A stretch of 64,000 nucleotides of DNA from Eledone cirrhosa (taxonomy: Eukaryota), in contig OZ024752.1 of the NCBI GenBank assembly GCA_964016885.1, positions 13,888,001 to 13,952,000 on the forward strand. Reading direction: 5' to 3'. The position numbers and the translations under genes were made by a program. Positions 62,486-64,000 of this stretch are shown here, piece by piece (position 1 is the stretch's first letter; the number at the start of each line of letters is the position of its first letter). The notes below the pieces were generated by a model, which was not told where the DNA came from, did no database searches, and was given only the letters and a program-made list of their open reading frames with translations.

Positions 62486-64000
62486 CTAAAGGGTACGATT
62501 TGTACTACTAGAACATTTGGGTTTATAGTAAAAGTAAGAATTAGAAATTGCATGGGGGCAAGAAGAGAATATCTCAGACTTTCTATTCAGTAAGGGTACG
62601 CTAGAGAAAATAATAGAGTGTATCTCAAGTATACAGAGATTACAAAACTTACTATGTGCAGAAAGGTGGTTAGATCGTGCTACTAAGCTCCAGTTAAGGC
62701 TATATGGTATACACGCTCCCTTAAGGTCCCAGATATAATGCGCTAGAGCGGTGGAATTCTTAAACCTAATATGCTTGAAGTTAGAGATATGAGAGTTAAA
62801 CCTAGTCTTAAAGGTGTTTGAAGTAGATCCTATATATTTTCCTTTAGAGGAATTAGTTATAACCTCACAAGCATAGACTATGTTTTTAGAAAGGCAGTTA
62901 CCGTTTAGAGGGCAGTTAGCACTCACTCTACAATTGCACTTCCGGGTGTTATTGGTTGGCTCAAGTGGTGATGTATTGCACCTAGGACCTCTATTAGATA
63001 AGGACTGTTCTGGTGGTAAAGCATTGTCCGATGCATTCAGGCTATTATTCTGCAGAGAGGAGAATCCATCCCTAATCTTCCTATTATTAGTGCTAGCTAA
63101 ATGAGAACTAATATTAGGGGTGGTAGAGAATGATAGTTTAATAACATTTTTATTAAAAATACCATGGTATTTGTGAGAAGGGGGGAAATGTTTCTCCAGG
63201 ATAGTGAAGAAAGACCTAGGCATATTAGTTGATACATCCTGGTTATATGGCGGGTTGAAATAAGTATTCAATCGCCTTCTATTTTTATTTTAATTTTTAT
63301 TCCTATCGACCCTACCTCTATCAAAAGTCACACCTTCAAGACCAGGGTTACTATCGGGAATATCTGAAGCCGCATTCATGGAATCAGCCATAATTACATT
63401 ATGCCTATTATCTGTTCTACCTCCAGTAGATCCACTGTTGTTCAGAGTCCCTACAAGAGGATTAAGGCCAATGAAAGGATTAGTAGGAGCAACATTACTA
63501 GAACAAGATCCAGCCAAACCAACACCAATGCGTGAGCGCACGGGGGGCTCGACTTGTCTCTTAGAGGTATTATATTTGTTACTACGAGTCCGGTGGGATA
63601 ACCTATGGGTGGGTTCAGATACTCCTATATAAGTTCTACGGTTACTAAGTTTGCTACTCGCATTCATAGCCATGTTATGTGATATAATGTTATTATTATT
63701 AAGAGTAAGCGGAGACTTTCTAAAGTTACTATTATTATAATTTATTTTACTAGAGTGACCTGAATTTGCTAGGGCGTTATTGTAGTACTCCGCATGCTCA
63801 TTAAAAGTTCCTATGTCCTTAGATAGTGTGGAAATCCTATTAGAAACGCCCTTAATTATAGAGTTTATCATAGACTTAGGGTGGTTAGAATTGGGGTTAA
63901 CATAAGAAAGAATTTCATTAGGCTTATGGAAGGGTTTAAAACTATTAGTGGCCAAGTCCAAAGTCACATCTAAAAAGTTAACCGCTCTATCATTTCTATC
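62486..64000 (-). pseudogene. PLE RT-thumb/GIY-YIG frame with a single in-frame TAA at 63290-63292
   Basis: AVNFLDVTLDL...HKPN...SNHP...DRNKN*NKNRRRLNTYFNPPY...CNCR...CPLNGNC...IVY...YIG..RFNSH...CNLC..E...LLNRKSE...CPH. The two track ORFs are in the same frame. Confidence 0.9.

Larger units (their letters stand above)
61156..64000 (-). mobile_element. Penelope-like element (Nematis-type), family I, continuing beyond window
   Basis: RT thumb + GIY-YIG frame, then a ~1.3-kb 3' UTR with an HHR and AATAAA, ending in a TA/TG array. Confidence 0.9.

Overview
AT-rich animal DNA with no host protein-coding gene that I can support. The SINE families resemble octopod cephalopod SINEs (inference). Almost every ORF in the supplied track is a translation of (TA)n, (TATG)n or (TTTA)n microsatellite. 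The real content is retroelements: Penelope-like elements (PLEs) of three Nematis-type families plus one other GIY-YIG family, R4/Dong, RTE, CR1 and CRE-like LINE remnants, two tRNA-derived SINE groups and several minisatellites. The main hidden signal is a dense set of type I hammerhead ribozyme (HHR) motifs, about 15 full-length motifs in 8 sequence-unrelated families. They sit near the 3' ends of small fold-back elements embedded in (TA)n arrays. Among them are HHRs with a ~115-nt stem II, a U3-A8 compensatory-core HHR, and a non-coding family whose copies are circularly permuted (retrozyme-like). The elements share an asymmetric long-tail/short-end inverted architecture, and isolated 35-nt terminal tags of one family recur inside a (TA)n array. 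All folds and alignments were done by eye, and repeat boundaries are approximate.
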